From the NCBI GenBank assembly GCA_964653805.1, contig CAZZFS010000005.1, positions 1,817-65,816 of the forward strand: DNA of 64,000 nt, written 5' to 3'. The notes below the pieces were generated by a model. That model searched no databases. It saw only the letters and a list, made by a program, of their open reading frames with translations, and was not told where the DNA came from. Source of the stretch: an uncultured Clostridiaceae bacterium (GTDB lineage Bacteria; Bacillota; Clostridia; TANB77; CAG-465). Shown in pieces: positions 1 through 8,586 of the stretch (position 1 is its first letter; every line of letters begins with the position of its first letter). The position numbers and the translations under genes are program-made.

Positions 1-867
1 AGTTACATCGTCAACATGTTTTATTATTTTATTTTTAATATCTTCTATACCATTAAAATAGTCAAACCTTTCTCCAGTTAATACATCTTCTAGAATAGAG
101 TTTATTGTGAAATCTCTTCTTCTAGCAGAATCTATTATACTCATATATGGATCAACAACTACTTCAAAAGATTTATGACCGATACCAATACTTTTTTCTT
201 TTCTAGGCATAGAAAAATCAATATCAATTCCTTGTATTTTTAAAATACCAAAGTTTACTCCAAATTCATTTAAAGTGCCATAATTTGATAATATTTTTTT
301 AAGTTCAACAGGTTCTATATTAAATACTTCAACATCTATGTCTTTTATATCATTACTAAATGGATTTAATATTTTATCTCTAACATAGCCACCCACATAA
401 AACATTCTACCATTTTTATTTTTAATATCTTTAGCAATTTTTTTTGCTATATCAATATTATTATTTTTTTCGTTTTTTATATTTTTTATATTTTTCTTTC
501 CCTCTTTATTATTAATTATCATATCTACTCTATGTTTAACTATATCAATTATTAAATCATACGGTAGAGGTTCATTTATTTTAAACTGTATTGCTCCTTT
601 AGATGTTTTATATTTAACTAATCTATCTTTAAAAAATATAATAGCCTCAGGTGTAGGATATATACCTATATGATTTTTATATGCAGCAAAATGAATTAAA
701 TTCTTATTTTGTAATTTAAATGTAGGCATTTGATAACTAATAGCCTCTTTAACTTCAGGAGCATATTTTAATATAACTAGCCTTAATTCATTTAATATTT
801 TACTAATCTCAATTGGAAAAAGATTTATATATTCATCTATACTATTTACTTTATTTTTATCATCCAT
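1..867 (-). CDS. DUF1801 (YdhG-like) domain fused to a class II CCA-adding/poly(A)-polymerase-family nucleotidyltransferase; 3' end runs off the window
   Basis: Absent from the ORF track because it is open to the window edge. My minus-strand translation from the ATG at 865-867 (GAGGTG RBS upstream) reads MDDKNKVNSIDEYINLFPIEISKILNELRLVILKYAPEVKEAISYQMPTFKL... (DUF1801-like). It continues ...GRMFYVGGYVRDKIL...DIDVEVF...RRRDFTINSI (nucleotidyltransferase head-domain motifs). Confidence 0.75.
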   Translation of the reverse strand, partial: MDDKNKVNSIDEYINLFPIEISKILNELRLVILKYAPEVKEAISYQMPTFKLQNKNLIHFAAYKNHIGIYPTPEAIIFFKDRLVKYKTSKGAIQFKINEPLPYDLIIDIVKHRVDMIINNKEGKKNIKNIKNEKNNNIDIAKKIAKDIKNKNGRMFYVGGYVRDKILNPFSNDIKDIDVEVFNIEPVELKKILSNYGTLNEFGVNFGILKIQGIDIDFSMPRKEKSIGIGHKSFEVVVDPYMSIIDSARRRDFTINSILEDVLTGERFDYFNGIEDIKNKIIKHVDDVT

Positions 868-1116
868 ATTTATTCACCTCAATATATATACTATTATATA
901 CACTTAACTCTTATATGTTTTTACTATTTTTTGCTTTACTTTTTTTATATGTTTCGTTTATATTCTATATGGTTAATTATACCATACAATTTAATATATT
1001 CAATAACGTTATATTAAAAACCACAAAAAAACATTAGTACTTTTTATTATACTAATGTTTTTAAATTATATATTTTTATATATTATATATATTAAAACTT
1101 TATTTGTTATTTTTAT

Positions 1117-1998
1117 TTAATCAATACTAATTAATTCATATTCCATTGTGCCCACACCAATATCTCTAGCATGTTCTACTGTACGAATTCCATTTTTTGA
1201 TTCTACTCTTTCTATAAAATGATCTCTTCCTTTATCATTAGAACTATATATAAGGTCTAAACTTGCTTTATCACATGCTACTGGATCAATAGATGCTGTT
1301 ATACCTATATCTGCCATACAAGGTGCTTCTGGATTACTATCACAATCACAATCAATTGATAAATTATTCATAACATTTATATATACAATATTACCTTTCA
1401 TATAATCAACAACAGATTTATCTGCTTCAGCCATTGATTCCAAGAAATGATTTTGTTCAGGTAAATTAGTCCATAATTCTGATGGATTTCTTGTTTTACC
1501 TGCAGTATGTATCCATGTCTTACCTTCAGATGAAGCAACACCTATTGACATATTTTTTAGAGCTCCACCAAAGCCTCCCATAGCATGTCCTTTAAAATGT
1601 GATAACATAAGCATTGAATCATAATTTTTTAAATGATCACCTACGTAATTTTCTTTTAAATGTATACCATTTTCTACTGGTATTGCAAAATCTCCTTCTG
1701 AATCTAAAATATCAACATTTGCGATTTCTGTAAAACCATGATTTTTAACAGTTTCTAAATGATCTTCTACTTTCATTCTTTTACCGCCATATGCCGTATT
1801 ACATTCAACTATTGTTCCATTTAACTTTTTAACTAAATCTTTAATTAAACTTGGTTTTAAAAAGTTATGCCCTCCTGGTTCTCCTGTTGATATTTTAATC
1901 GCTACATTCCCCTCTAAACTTTTACTCATTGCTTCATAAATTTTAATTAAACTTTCTGGAGTAATCTCCTTTGTAAAATATACTTTTGCTTTTTCCAT
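1117..1998 (-). CDS. DUF362-family protein (putative Fe-S protein)
   Basis: ORF 1117..2007. I prefer the ATG at 1998 (MEKAKVYF), about 8 nt after an AAAGGA RBS. The Cys cluster IDCDCDSNPEAPC and the ...DPVACDKASLDL tail are typical of DUF362. Confidence 0.65.
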   Translation of the reverse strand: MEKAKVYFTKEITPESLIKIYEAMSKSLEGNVAIKISTGEPGGHNFLKPSLIKDLVKKLNGTIVECNTAYGGKRMKVEDHLETVKNHGFTEIANVDILDSEGDFAIPVENGIHLKENYVGDHLKNYDSMLMLSHFKGHAMGGFGGALKNMSIGVASSEGKTWIHTAGKTRNPSELWTNLPEQNHFLESMAEADKSVVDYMKGNIVYINVMNNLSIDCDCDSNPEAPCMADIGITASIDPVACDKASLDLIYSSNDKGRDHFIERVESKNGIRTVEHARDIGVGTMEYELISID

Positions 1999-2024
1999 TT
2001 TAATCATCCTTTCTTATTTCTCTA

Positions 2025-2447
2025 TTATATTAATTTATTATATTCTTCATCTAAAACTTCTTCACACCATTTAGTTCCTATATTTTCACCTGGTACTTCT
2101 ATTGCAATATGTGTAAACAAACTATCCTTTGTTGCTCCATGCCAATGCTTTACATCCGCAGGTATATTTACAATATCACCTACCTTTAATTTTTTAGGTT
2201 CTTTACCCCATTCTTGATAAAAACCTTCTCCAGCGGTTACTAGTAATATTTGACCGCCTCCTTTTTGAGCTTCGTGTATATGCCAATTGTTTCTGCATTT
2301 TGGTTCAAATGTTACATTCATAACAAGAAGTCCCAATTCATTTGATAATATATTTAAATAACTTTCACCTAAAAAATATTCTCCATATGGATTTTCTATA
2401 CCCTTACCAAATAATATAGCCTCTTTATTTTCAATATTTTCACTCAT
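2025..2447 (-). CDS. cupin domain protein
   Basis: 140 aa with the cupin motifs NNWHIHEAQKGGGQILLVTAGEG and GDIVNIPADVKHWHGA. AAGGAGG RBS. Confidence 0.75.
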   Translation of the reverse strand: MSENIENKEAILFGKGIENPYGEYFLGESYLNILSNELGLLVMNVTFEPKCRNNWHIHEAQKGGGQILLVTAGEGFYQEWGKEPKKLKVGDIVNIPADVKHWHGATKDSLFTHIAIEVPGENIGTKWCEEVLDEEYNKLI

Positions 2448-2481
2448 ATAAAAACCTCCTTAATATATTTTATATATAAAT

Positions 2482-2512
2482 AGTATATCACTTGGAGTTA
2501 ACTTCAAGTCAA
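2482..2512 (-). promoter_or_regulatory. MerR-style promoter: TTGACT, 19-nt spacer, TATACT, with an 18-bp dyad in the spacer
   Basis: Minus strand reads TTGACTtgaagttaactccaagtgaTATACT. The spacer is 19 nt. The near-perfect palindrome CTTGGAGTTAACTTCAAG (2491-2508, one mismatch) sits between the hexamers. Confidence 0.45.
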
Positions 2513-2668
2513 TACTTATTTTAATATTTATTTATTTTTTTGTATATTTATTTCAAAACGTAAAAAATATGCATATATTAGTCGATATATAGAAAGTTTT
2601 ATTTCTATATTACTAATATACACATATTATAATTATTTTATTCTTGTTTTAAATATATTTTATTTGTT

Positions 2669-3454
2669 TTATAAATCTTTTTTATCTAATTTTTTTACAC
2701 CTATTACTATAAACACAAAAGCTACTGCGATTGAAAAGATTATCATTTCTATATTTAGTTTGTTTTCTAATATAACTTTTGAACTATCAAAATATTTCAT
2801 TGGCGTAAAATATTTAATTACTTGATTATTTTCTATCATATCATATACTATTCCAAGTATATATGTTGCTAAAAATACAATTGATGAATTAATAGATCCT
2901 TTTTTAGGATTTATAGCACCAAGAAAAACTCCTATACCAAAATATACAATGGAAGTAAAAAACAAAGAAACATTTAATAGTATAATTTTATCTATTATTG
3001 TATTTTCTGTATTTAACATAGCTATTCCTATTAATGAACATATATAGCTTACTAAGCAAAATAATATAATCATTAATATACTTGCAAACATTTTCATTAT
3101 AGTTATATGAGTTCTTGATACTGGTTTAGAAAAAATAAATTCTGATGTTTTTTCATTTATCTCATATGCACTACATTTTACTCCTAAATTTGAAGCATAT
3201 ATAGCTGCCATAATAACTACAAAGAAAAATATAACTGCGTAATATCCATCTAGTTGCATAATATTTAAATTATTCATTCCAAAAAGTGTTAATACTATTT
3301 TAGGAAAACTTTTTAGTAGTTCTTCAGAGGCTTGTGCATTTGAACTTAAGCCTTCAAATTTAACCATACTTGCAGCAACTAGTATAAAAATACCTATACT
3401 CCAAAATATAAATGGTTTTATATTTGATTTTAATTCTTTTAAAAATATATTCAT
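2669..3454 (-). CDS. ABC-2 type transporter permease (paralog of 4150..4947)
   Basis: 261 aa with multiple hydrophobic spans. The N-terminus MNIFLKELKSNIKPFIFWSIGIF parallels MNIFKFELKTNIKGIIVWSISII of the permease at 4150..4947. Confidence 0.7.
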   Translation of the reverse strand: MNIFLKELKSNIKPFIFWSIGIFILVAASMVKFEGLSSNAQASEELLKSFPKIVLTLFGMNNLNIMQLDGYYAVIFFFVVIMAAIYASNLGVKCSAYEINEKTSEFIFSKPVSRTHITIMKMFASILMIILFCLVSYICSLIGIAMLNTENTIIDKIILLNVSLFFTSIVYFGIGVFLGAINPKKGSINSSIVFLATYILGIVYDMIENNQVIKYFTPMKYFDSSKVILENKLNIEMIIFSIAVAFVFIVIGVKKLDKKDL

Positions 3455-3561
3455 ATATTAAGTTACCTCCAATTAATTATTATATCTATCTATTTTATAT
3501 GTAATATTATACACCTAATATTATATAATATGCAATGTAAAAATGATAAGAATACAAAAAA

Positions 3562-3603
3562 ATATAGAAAAAGAAAGCTAAATTTAACTTTCTTTTTCTA
3601 TAT
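3562..3603 (-). terminator. hairpin terminator of family-1 copy A
   Basis: atatagaaaaagaaag / ctttctttttctatat arms around an AAATTTAA-type loop, directly 3' of the ORF. Confidence 0.6.
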
Positions 3604-3615
3604 TTAAAATTCTTT

Positions 3616-3948
3616 TTAATTGAAAGAATATTGATCTTTTGAATGAAGTTTGAGATTTATATTTCCCTTTTCAATATCTTTTTTGAATTTTTCAAATAAT
3701 GCTTTTGTCATTTTTTCTTTTCCGTAATGATCTAAGATATCACTTCTCATATTGAATTGTTGAATTGCATTTCCCATTGCAAGTGTTACATTGATTTTGC
3801 AAGGTTTGCCTACAACAAAATATCCATTTCGTCTTAACCGGATATTATATCCTTTTTTTATGTAACTTTGGGCTTTTTTTTCAGTTCCCTGGAATTCAAT
3901 ATTGTCCGTTTTTTCGTAATTAATTGATTTAACAATTGTTTCTGTCAT
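3616..3948 (-). CDS. hypothetical 110-aa basic protein, family-1 copy A
   Basis: Shares KGY..R.RRNGYFV..KP, INVTL and a C-terminal YSF with the ORFs at 6709, 7230, 7770 and 11772. The leader CCTACAAATGGAGG lies just before the ATG. Confidence 0.8.
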   Translation of the reverse strand: MTETIVKSINYEKTDNIEFQGTEKKAQSYIKKGYNIRLRRNGYFVVGKPCKINVTLAMGNAIQQFNMRSDILDHYGKEKMTKALFEKFKKDIEKGNINLKLHSKDQYSFN

Positions 3949-3996
3949 GTTTTTCCCTCCATTTGTAGGTAAATTTATTTTTTTTGCAACTTGTAA

Positions 3997-4025
3997 AGTT
4001 TACCATAATTATATTGAATTGTCAA
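3997..4025 (-). promoter_or_regulatory. promoter of family-1 copy A (TTGACA-17-TAAACT)
   Basis: Minus strand reads TTGACAattcaatataattatggTAAACT. Confidence 0.5.
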
Positions 4026-4149
4026 GTAATTATTAAAATATTTATGAATAATCTATGATAAAGTCATTTATTAGCAAAAAAACATTAGCAAAAAATATTT
4101 ATTTACTTTCTATTATATCCTATATTATATAAAACGACTCATATTACTA

Positions 4150-4947
4150 TTATTGACTGTGTATATCTTTTCTTACAAAAGCAGTATATGATAATATCAA
4201 TAAAATTAATGATACTAAAATAGATACTACTAAAAATTTAATATCGTATGCGTTATTTTTTATAATGTCTTGATAATCAAAATATCCAAATGGATTTATA
4301 TATTTTAATTTATCTTCTTTTAATATATTTTGTAATAACTGTACTATAAAAAACGAAAATGCTGTTATTGTTGCAATACCACCAGGATTTTTTATTTTCT
4401 TTGCAAAATTAGCTATAAATATACCTATTGATGCAAATACCATTTCAACAAAAAATATTGAAAATATCATAAGTATATATGTATTAAGATTACTATCTTC
4501 TCCATATATTAAAAACATACAATACGCACTAATAAATAAAAATACGTTTATTATACTTAATACTACAAAATTAGCTAATAACTTCTCCACGAAAACACTT
4601 GTTCTTTTCTTTGGTTTAGTATATAAAAAGTCACTTGTTTTAGTTATTTTTTCTCTTCCAAATATATTAATACCAAAATATACATTCATTATACTTGCTG
4701 CTAGTAGTACATATGTTAAGCTAAATGCGAAAAATCCATTATACGTAAATATAGATGTTAAATCATCTATACCTATTATGTTTAAAGTTTGTGGTGGGTA
4801 TGTTTTAAGTATCGAAAACACTTGTTCTTTTGCTCCTGTATATATAGTAAACATAGAAGCAAAAAGACATACAATACATATTATACTTATAGACCATACA
4901 ATAATACCCTTTATATTAGTTTTTAATTCAAATTTAAATATATTCAT
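4150..4947 (-). CDS. ABC-2 type transporter permease
   Basis: 265-aa polytopic membrane protein. It starts 4 nt after the ATPase stop and has an AAAGGAGG RBS. Confidence 0.7.
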   Translation of the reverse strand: MNIFKFELKTNIKGIIVWSISIICIVCLFASMFTIYTGAKEQVFSILKTYPPQTLNIIGIDDLTSIFTYNGFFAFSLTYVLLAASIMNVYFGINIFGREKITKTSDFLYTKPKKRTSVFVEKLLANFVVLSIINVFLFISAYCMFLIYGEDSNLNTYILMIFSIFFVEMVFASIGIFIANFAKKIKNPGGIATITAFSFFIVQLLQNILKEDKLKYINPFGYFDYQDIIKNNAYDIKFLVVSILVSLILLILSYTAFVRKDIHSQ

Positions 4948-4951
4948 AAAG

Positions 4952-5836
4952 CTAGTCCTCCTTTTGATAGTAATGCATGAATATTTCTTCTAGATCAGGT
5001 TCTACTATTGAGATATCTTCTAAATTATATTTTGATATAGCATTAACTAGTTTATTTACTTCACCTCTATATACAAAGGTAACAGTACTTTCTTTTACCT
5101 CTATATTTATAGCATCATCAAACTTAAATTCATTAGCTTGTATATCACTTGAAAAATCAAGTGTTACTTTTTTAATTGCTTTTTTAATCATATCTTTTAT
5201 ATTTTCTACTTTTACTAAATTACCGTCTTTTATAATAGCTACCCTATCACATAATTTTTGAACTTCACTTAATATATGTGAAGAGAATAATATAGTAGCG
5301 CCATTTATATTTTCTTGTTTTATTATATTAAAGAATTTTTGTTGCATTAAAGGATCAAGTCCACCAGTAGGCTCATCTAAAATTATTAATTTTGGACTAT
5401 GTAATAATCCTTGTATAATTCCAACTTTCTTTTTATTACCATAAGATAAGTCTTCTATTTTTTTATTTAAATCTAGTTCAAATTCTTTTGCAAGTTCATA
5501 TATTCTTTTATCACAATTTTTATTATAAAAACTAGCAGAGTATTTTAACAATTCAATTACTTTCATATTATCATAATAAAAAACTTCACTTGGTAAATAA
5601 CCTACATTTTTTAAAATTTCTTCTTTATCTTTTATAATATCTAAACCAAATATTTTAGCATCTCCAGATGTTTTATATATAAGACCTAGTAATGTACGTA
5701 TAGTAGTTGATTTACCTGCTCCGTTTGGACCTATAAAACCAAATATTTCTCCTTCTTTTACTTCTAAATCTATATTTTGGATTCCTTTTGATTTACCATA
5801 AAATTTTGTTAATTTTTTTGTTTCAATAACGTTCAT
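4952..5836 (-). CDS. ABC transporter ATP-binding protein
   Basis: Walker A GPNGAGKST, signature LSYGNKKK, Walker B LIILDEPTGGLD, H-loop SSHIL. Confidence 0.9.
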   Translation of the reverse strand: MNVIETKKLTKFYGKSKGIQNIDLEVKEGEIFGFIGPNGAGKSTTIRTLLGLIYKTSGDAKIFGLDIIKDKEEILKNVGYLPSEVFYYDNMKVIELLKYSASFYNKNCDKRIYELAKEFELDLNKKIEDLSYGNKKKVGIIQGLLHSPKLIILDEPTGGLDPLMQQKFFNIIKQENINGATILFSSHILSEVQKLCDRVAIIKDGNLVKVENIKDMIKKAIKKVTLDFSSDIQANEFKFDDAINIEVKESTVTFVYRGEVNKLVNAISKYNLEDISIVEPDLEEIFMHYYQKED

Positions 5837-6037
5837 AAATATACCTCCATATACAATATATAAAATATCTTTAATTTATATACTTAATATTATACACCTA
5901 ATAATATAAAATTTGCAATATTTCAACAAAAAATAAAAATCACAAACACATAAATAAATATTTTTTTCAAACATTCAAAAAGCAGGTAAGTTATATATAA
6001 CTTCCTGCTTTTTGATTTTATTTATTTTCTTCTTTTT

Positions 6038-6521
6038 TCAAACGTTACTTTCAAGCGCTTCTGAAATATCAGAATAACCTGAGTTTTCAAGTTGTTTAAT
6101 TAACTCTTGGTAAACAATTTCTCCAAAGTTACTAATGTTCATCAATTCTTTTTTCGATGTTTGTTTTAATTGTCTAATCAAAAAAATACCTGTTTTAAAT
6201 AAACAATTATTTACTCTTGTTGACAAATTTAAACTTAAAACGCTATCAAAACCAGCATTTTGAAAAGCATTAGCTGTATCTATTCCATGACTTCGGTAAT
6301 ATCTATTATTTTTTAGAGTTTTTAATATTCTTTCTACTGAATCCTCTATTTCAGCTATTTCACGTATAATATCATTTGGAGAGAATTTTGTATAATCATT
6401 TGTTTTGTTTTAACAATTTTTCCAAACTCTCTCCTGTGAAATTAATTGTTAATATTTCCTTTCCATTTGAATCCAATTCCTCTTTCAAATACTTCAATAC
6501 TAATCCCAAGTCTAATTCCAT
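6038..6521 (-). pseudogene. RpoA alpha-CTD-like (helix-hairpin-helix) protein, reading frame broken by a +1 shift
   Basis: An ATG at 6519-6521 with a GGAG RBS gives MELDLGLVLKYLKEELDSNGKEILTINFTGESLEKLLKQNK*. The next frame continues TNDYTKFSPNDIIREIAEIEDS...LNLSTRVNNCLFKTGIFLIRQLKQTSKKELMNISNFGEIVYQELIKQL. Removing one A in the run at 6399-6409 fuses the two parts. Total length 484 nt, i.e. 3n+1. Confidence 0.6.
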
Positions 6522-6550
6522 TTTAATATCTCCTTTAAAATAAAAAATTT

Positions 6551-6620
6551 GTGTTATAATTATAAGACCACATAATTTATGTCTTTTTATAATTATAACA
6601 CTTCTCGCTGGTTATGTCAA
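6551..6620 (-). promoter_or_regulatory. TTGACA-17-TATAAT promoter embedded in a 15-bp perfect inverted repeat
   Basis: GTGTTATAATTATAA (6551-6565) and TTATAATTATAACAC (6587-6601) are exact reverse complements 21 bp apart. The -10 (6592-6597) lies inside the upstream arm and the -35 is at 6615-6620. Confidence 0.5.
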
Positions 6621-6664
6621 CCGATATGTGTTTGCATTAAAATTAAATCCACAAAGTAAATACA

Positions 6665-6696
6665 AAAACAGGAAGTTAAATTTAACTTCCTGTTTT
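6665..6696 (-). terminator. hairpin terminator of family-1 copy B
   Basis: aaaacaggaagtt-aaattt-aacttcctgtttt. Confidence 0.65.
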
Positions 6697-6708
6697 ATAA
6701 AACTCTTT

Positions 6709-7041
6709 TCATGCAAAAGAGTATGTTCCGCTTGAATCAAGACTGATTTTTATTTTACCAGCATTAACATCTTTTTCGAATTTTTTTACTAAATTCTGAT
6801 TTAATCGCCTTCTTTTGTAATGTTTTAAAACCTCTTCTTTCATATCGAATGTTTTTGTAACATCAGCACTTGAAAGAGTTACATTAACAATAGGCGGTTT
6901 TACTAAAACCCAATGCCCATCATGTTCTGAATGGACGTAGTAATCATCATTCAAGAATACCTGGATTTCTTTTCTCTTTCCTTGAAAAGTTTTTCTTTTA
7001 GAATTCCGATAATCAATAGCCAAAATACTTGTTTTTTCCAT
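6709..7041 (-). CDS. hypothetical 110-aa protein, family-1 copy B (most divergent)
   Basis: ORF 6709..7056. The ATG at 7041 (MEKTSILAIDY) follows a GGAGGA RBS, and the earlier GTG overlaps that RBS. Contains HDGHWVLVKP, VNVTLS and YSFA. Confidence 0.75.
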   Translation of the reverse strand: MEKTSILAIDYRNSKRKTFQGKRKEIQVFLNDDYYVHSEHDGHWVLVKPPIVNVTLSSADVTKTFDMKEEVLKHYKRRRLNQNLVKKFEKDVNAGKIKISLDSSGTYSFA

Positions 7042-7088
7042 GTTGTTATCCTCCACTTGTTGTGATAATAAATTTTTAATATTTTAAG

Positions 7089-7117
7089 ATTATACCATTA
7101 TTATGTCACTTTGTCAA
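7089..7117 (-). promoter_or_regulatory. promoter of family-1 copy B (TTGACA-17-TATAAT)
   Basis: Minus strand reads TTGACAaagtgacataataatggTATAAT. Confidence 0.6.
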
Positions 7118-7185
7118 TATTTTTGAATAATATTTAAAATATAAAATATTATTTCAGTTTAGTTAAAGAGGCTATATACATAAAG

Positions 7186-7218
7186 AAAAACAGAAAGTCA
7201 ATTTAACTTTCTGTTTTT
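7186..7218 (-). terminator. hairpin terminator of family-1 copy C
   Basis: aaaaacagaaagt-caattt-aactttctgttttt. Confidence 0.65.
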
Positions 7219-7229
7219 GTAGCTTACTA

Positions 7230-7568
7230 CTAGTTCTGGATAAAAGAGTAAGTATTATTTGGATTAAGAGTAATGTGTAATTTTCCAGATTTAATTTCTT
7301 CAATGAATCTACAAAACAATTTATCAGTAACTCTTTCTCTGTTGTAAAATTCAAGTACGCCTTCTCTCATGTCAATGATTTGTGTAACATTTTCTTTAGA
7401 AAGAGTTACGTTAATTTGAGATGGCTTTGCTAAAACCCAGTGTCCATTCCGTTCATTTTCAACTGAATAACCTAAATCTAGGTATTTTTGAATATCGGCT
7501 TCTGTACCGTAAGTTCTGACACATTCAGATTTTTTGTGTTTAACTGCTGTAACAATCGTTGTAGGCAT
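7230..7568 (-). CDS. hypothetical 112-aa protein, family-1 copy C
   Basis: LGYSVENERNGHWVLAKPSQINVTLS...DMREGVL...TYSF. GGAGGA RBS. Confidence 0.8.
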   Translation of the reverse strand: MPTTIVTAVKHKKSECVRTYGTEADIQKYLDLGYSVENERNGHWVLAKPSQINVTLSKENVTQIIDMREGVLEFYNRERVTDKLFCRFIEEIKSGKLHITLNPNNTYSFIQN

Positions 7569-7616
7569 TTGATTTTTCCTCCATTAGTAGGATTTATTTT
7601 TATTTTATTTTTTTAT

Positions 7617-7645
7617 ATTTTAACATTGTTATGTTATTTTGTCAA
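7617..7645 (-). promoter_or_regulatory. promoter of family-1 copy C (TTGACA-17-TAAAAT)
   Basis: Minus strand reads TTGACAaaataacataacaatgtTAAAAT. Confidence 0.55.
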
Positions 7646-7727
7646 TACAACTTATATATATTTTTTTATGTTTATTTCTCGATTAAACATATTATTTATC
7701 TTGGTTAAAGAGGTTATATACATAAAG

Positions 7728-7761
7728 AAAAACAGAAAGTCAAAATTTAACTTTCTGTTTT
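7728..7761 (-). terminator. hairpin terminator of family-1 copy D
   Basis: aaaaacagaaagt-caaaattt-aactttctgtttt. The flank GGTTAAAGAGGTTATATACATAAAG is shared with the region 3' of copy C. Confidence 0.65.
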
Positions 7762-7769
7762 GTGTATTT

Positions 7770-8120
7770 TTAAGCTCTTTTTAACAAAAGGCTATATTGT
7801 TCTTCGGATGTAGGGTCAAAAAGAATCTTTACTTTGCCAGCATTAACATCTTCTTTAAATCTTTGACATAATTTCTTGTTTACTCTTTGTCTAGTGTATA
7901 AGTCAAGAACATCTTCTCTCATATCAAAGACTCCTGTATGTTTCCCTTTAGAAAGAGTCACATTAACCTTTGATGGCTTGACTAAAACCCAATAGCCATT
8001 CCGGTGAATATGAACTGTATATCCTTTTTTCAAATACTTTTGCACTTCTGCTTCTGTACCTTGTAATTCGATACTGTCCGAATTTTCATAATCGATTGCT
8101 TTAACAATTGTTTTTAGCAT
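7770..8120 (-). CDS. hypothetical 116-aa protein, family-1 copy D
   Basis: KGYTVHIHRNGYWVLVKPSKVNVTLS...FDMREDVL...QYSL. Leader CCTACAAATGGAGG. Confidence 0.8.
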   Translation of the reverse strand: MLKTIVKAIDYENSDSIELQGTEAEVQKYLKKGYTVHIHRNGYWVLVKPSKVNVTLSKGKHTGVFDMREDVLDLYTRQRVNKKLCQRFKEDVNAGKVKILFDPTSEEQYSLLLKRA

Positions 8121-8165
8121 GTTGTTTCCTCCATTTGTAGGTTTTTTATATTTTTTTATTATTCC

Positions 8166-8194
8166 ATTCTAACATAGTTATGTCACTTTGTCAA
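8166..8194 (-). promoter_or_regulatory. promoter of family-1 copy D (TTGACA-17-TAGAAT)
   Basis: Minus strand reads TTGACAaagtgacataactatgtTAGAAT. Confidence 0.55.
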
Positions 8195-8244
8195 TATTTT
8201 ATTTGCTTTTTATATATTTTTTAAAACTTGGTACTTAATTTGCA

Positions 8245-8496
8245 TTATTTGTGGTGGTCAGTCATTTCTGTAAACATAATATGTTCTTCTAAAGTTTCAT
8301 CATCTAAATTAGAATTATCATCTTGATTCTTTTTAATATAGTCGTTATTCCCATTAACTTTATTGTTTTTACTATCAACAATACCTATTATAACTAATAT
8401 TAAAAATAAAGCTGGAAAAATAAACATATAAGGCATTCCACTAAAACCTAACATGATACAAAATATTAAAAATAAAATAAGAATTAAAATAGCCAT
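8245..8496 (-). CDS. small membrane protein with an acidic tail
   Basis: 83 aa with two hydrophobic helices followed by an N/D-rich tail. AGGAGA RBS. Confidence 0.5.
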   Translation of the reverse strand: MAILILILFLIFCIMLGFSGMPYMFIFPALFLILVIIGIVDSKNNKVNGNNDYIKKNQDDNSNLDDETLEEHIMFTEMTDHHK

Positions 8497-8586
8497 ATCT
8501 AATCATCTCCTAAATAAAATGTTTTTATTTGTTACTTATTTATTAATCATTTTTTATTATGAAAAATCAAAATAAATCAATTTAAT

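Noticed and set aside
813-1037. Many plus-strand track ORFs rich in F/L/I/Y/S. Examples: 813..1037, 4778..4993, 4977..5261, 7488..7784, 9411..9668, 9726..9953, 11055..11513, 15526..15723, 16354..16569, 17008..17202, 18926..19222, 19722..19989, 22409..22693, 26986..27531, 30560..31300, 35882..36223, 37512..37834, 38759..39019, 45921..46325, 55490..56135, 57061..57465, 57772..58167, 60061..60249, 61897..62133 and 63377..63901.
   Set aside because: Each lies antisense to a minus-strand gene with clear motifs, RBS, promoter and terminator. Their composition is what reverse-complemented AT-rich coding DNA yields, and none has a recognisable RBS or motif.
7172-7354. 60-aa ORF overlapping the 3' end of family-1 copy C and its terminator.
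   Set aside because: It is out of frame with a well-supported paralog, runs through the terminator hairpin, and has no RBS.
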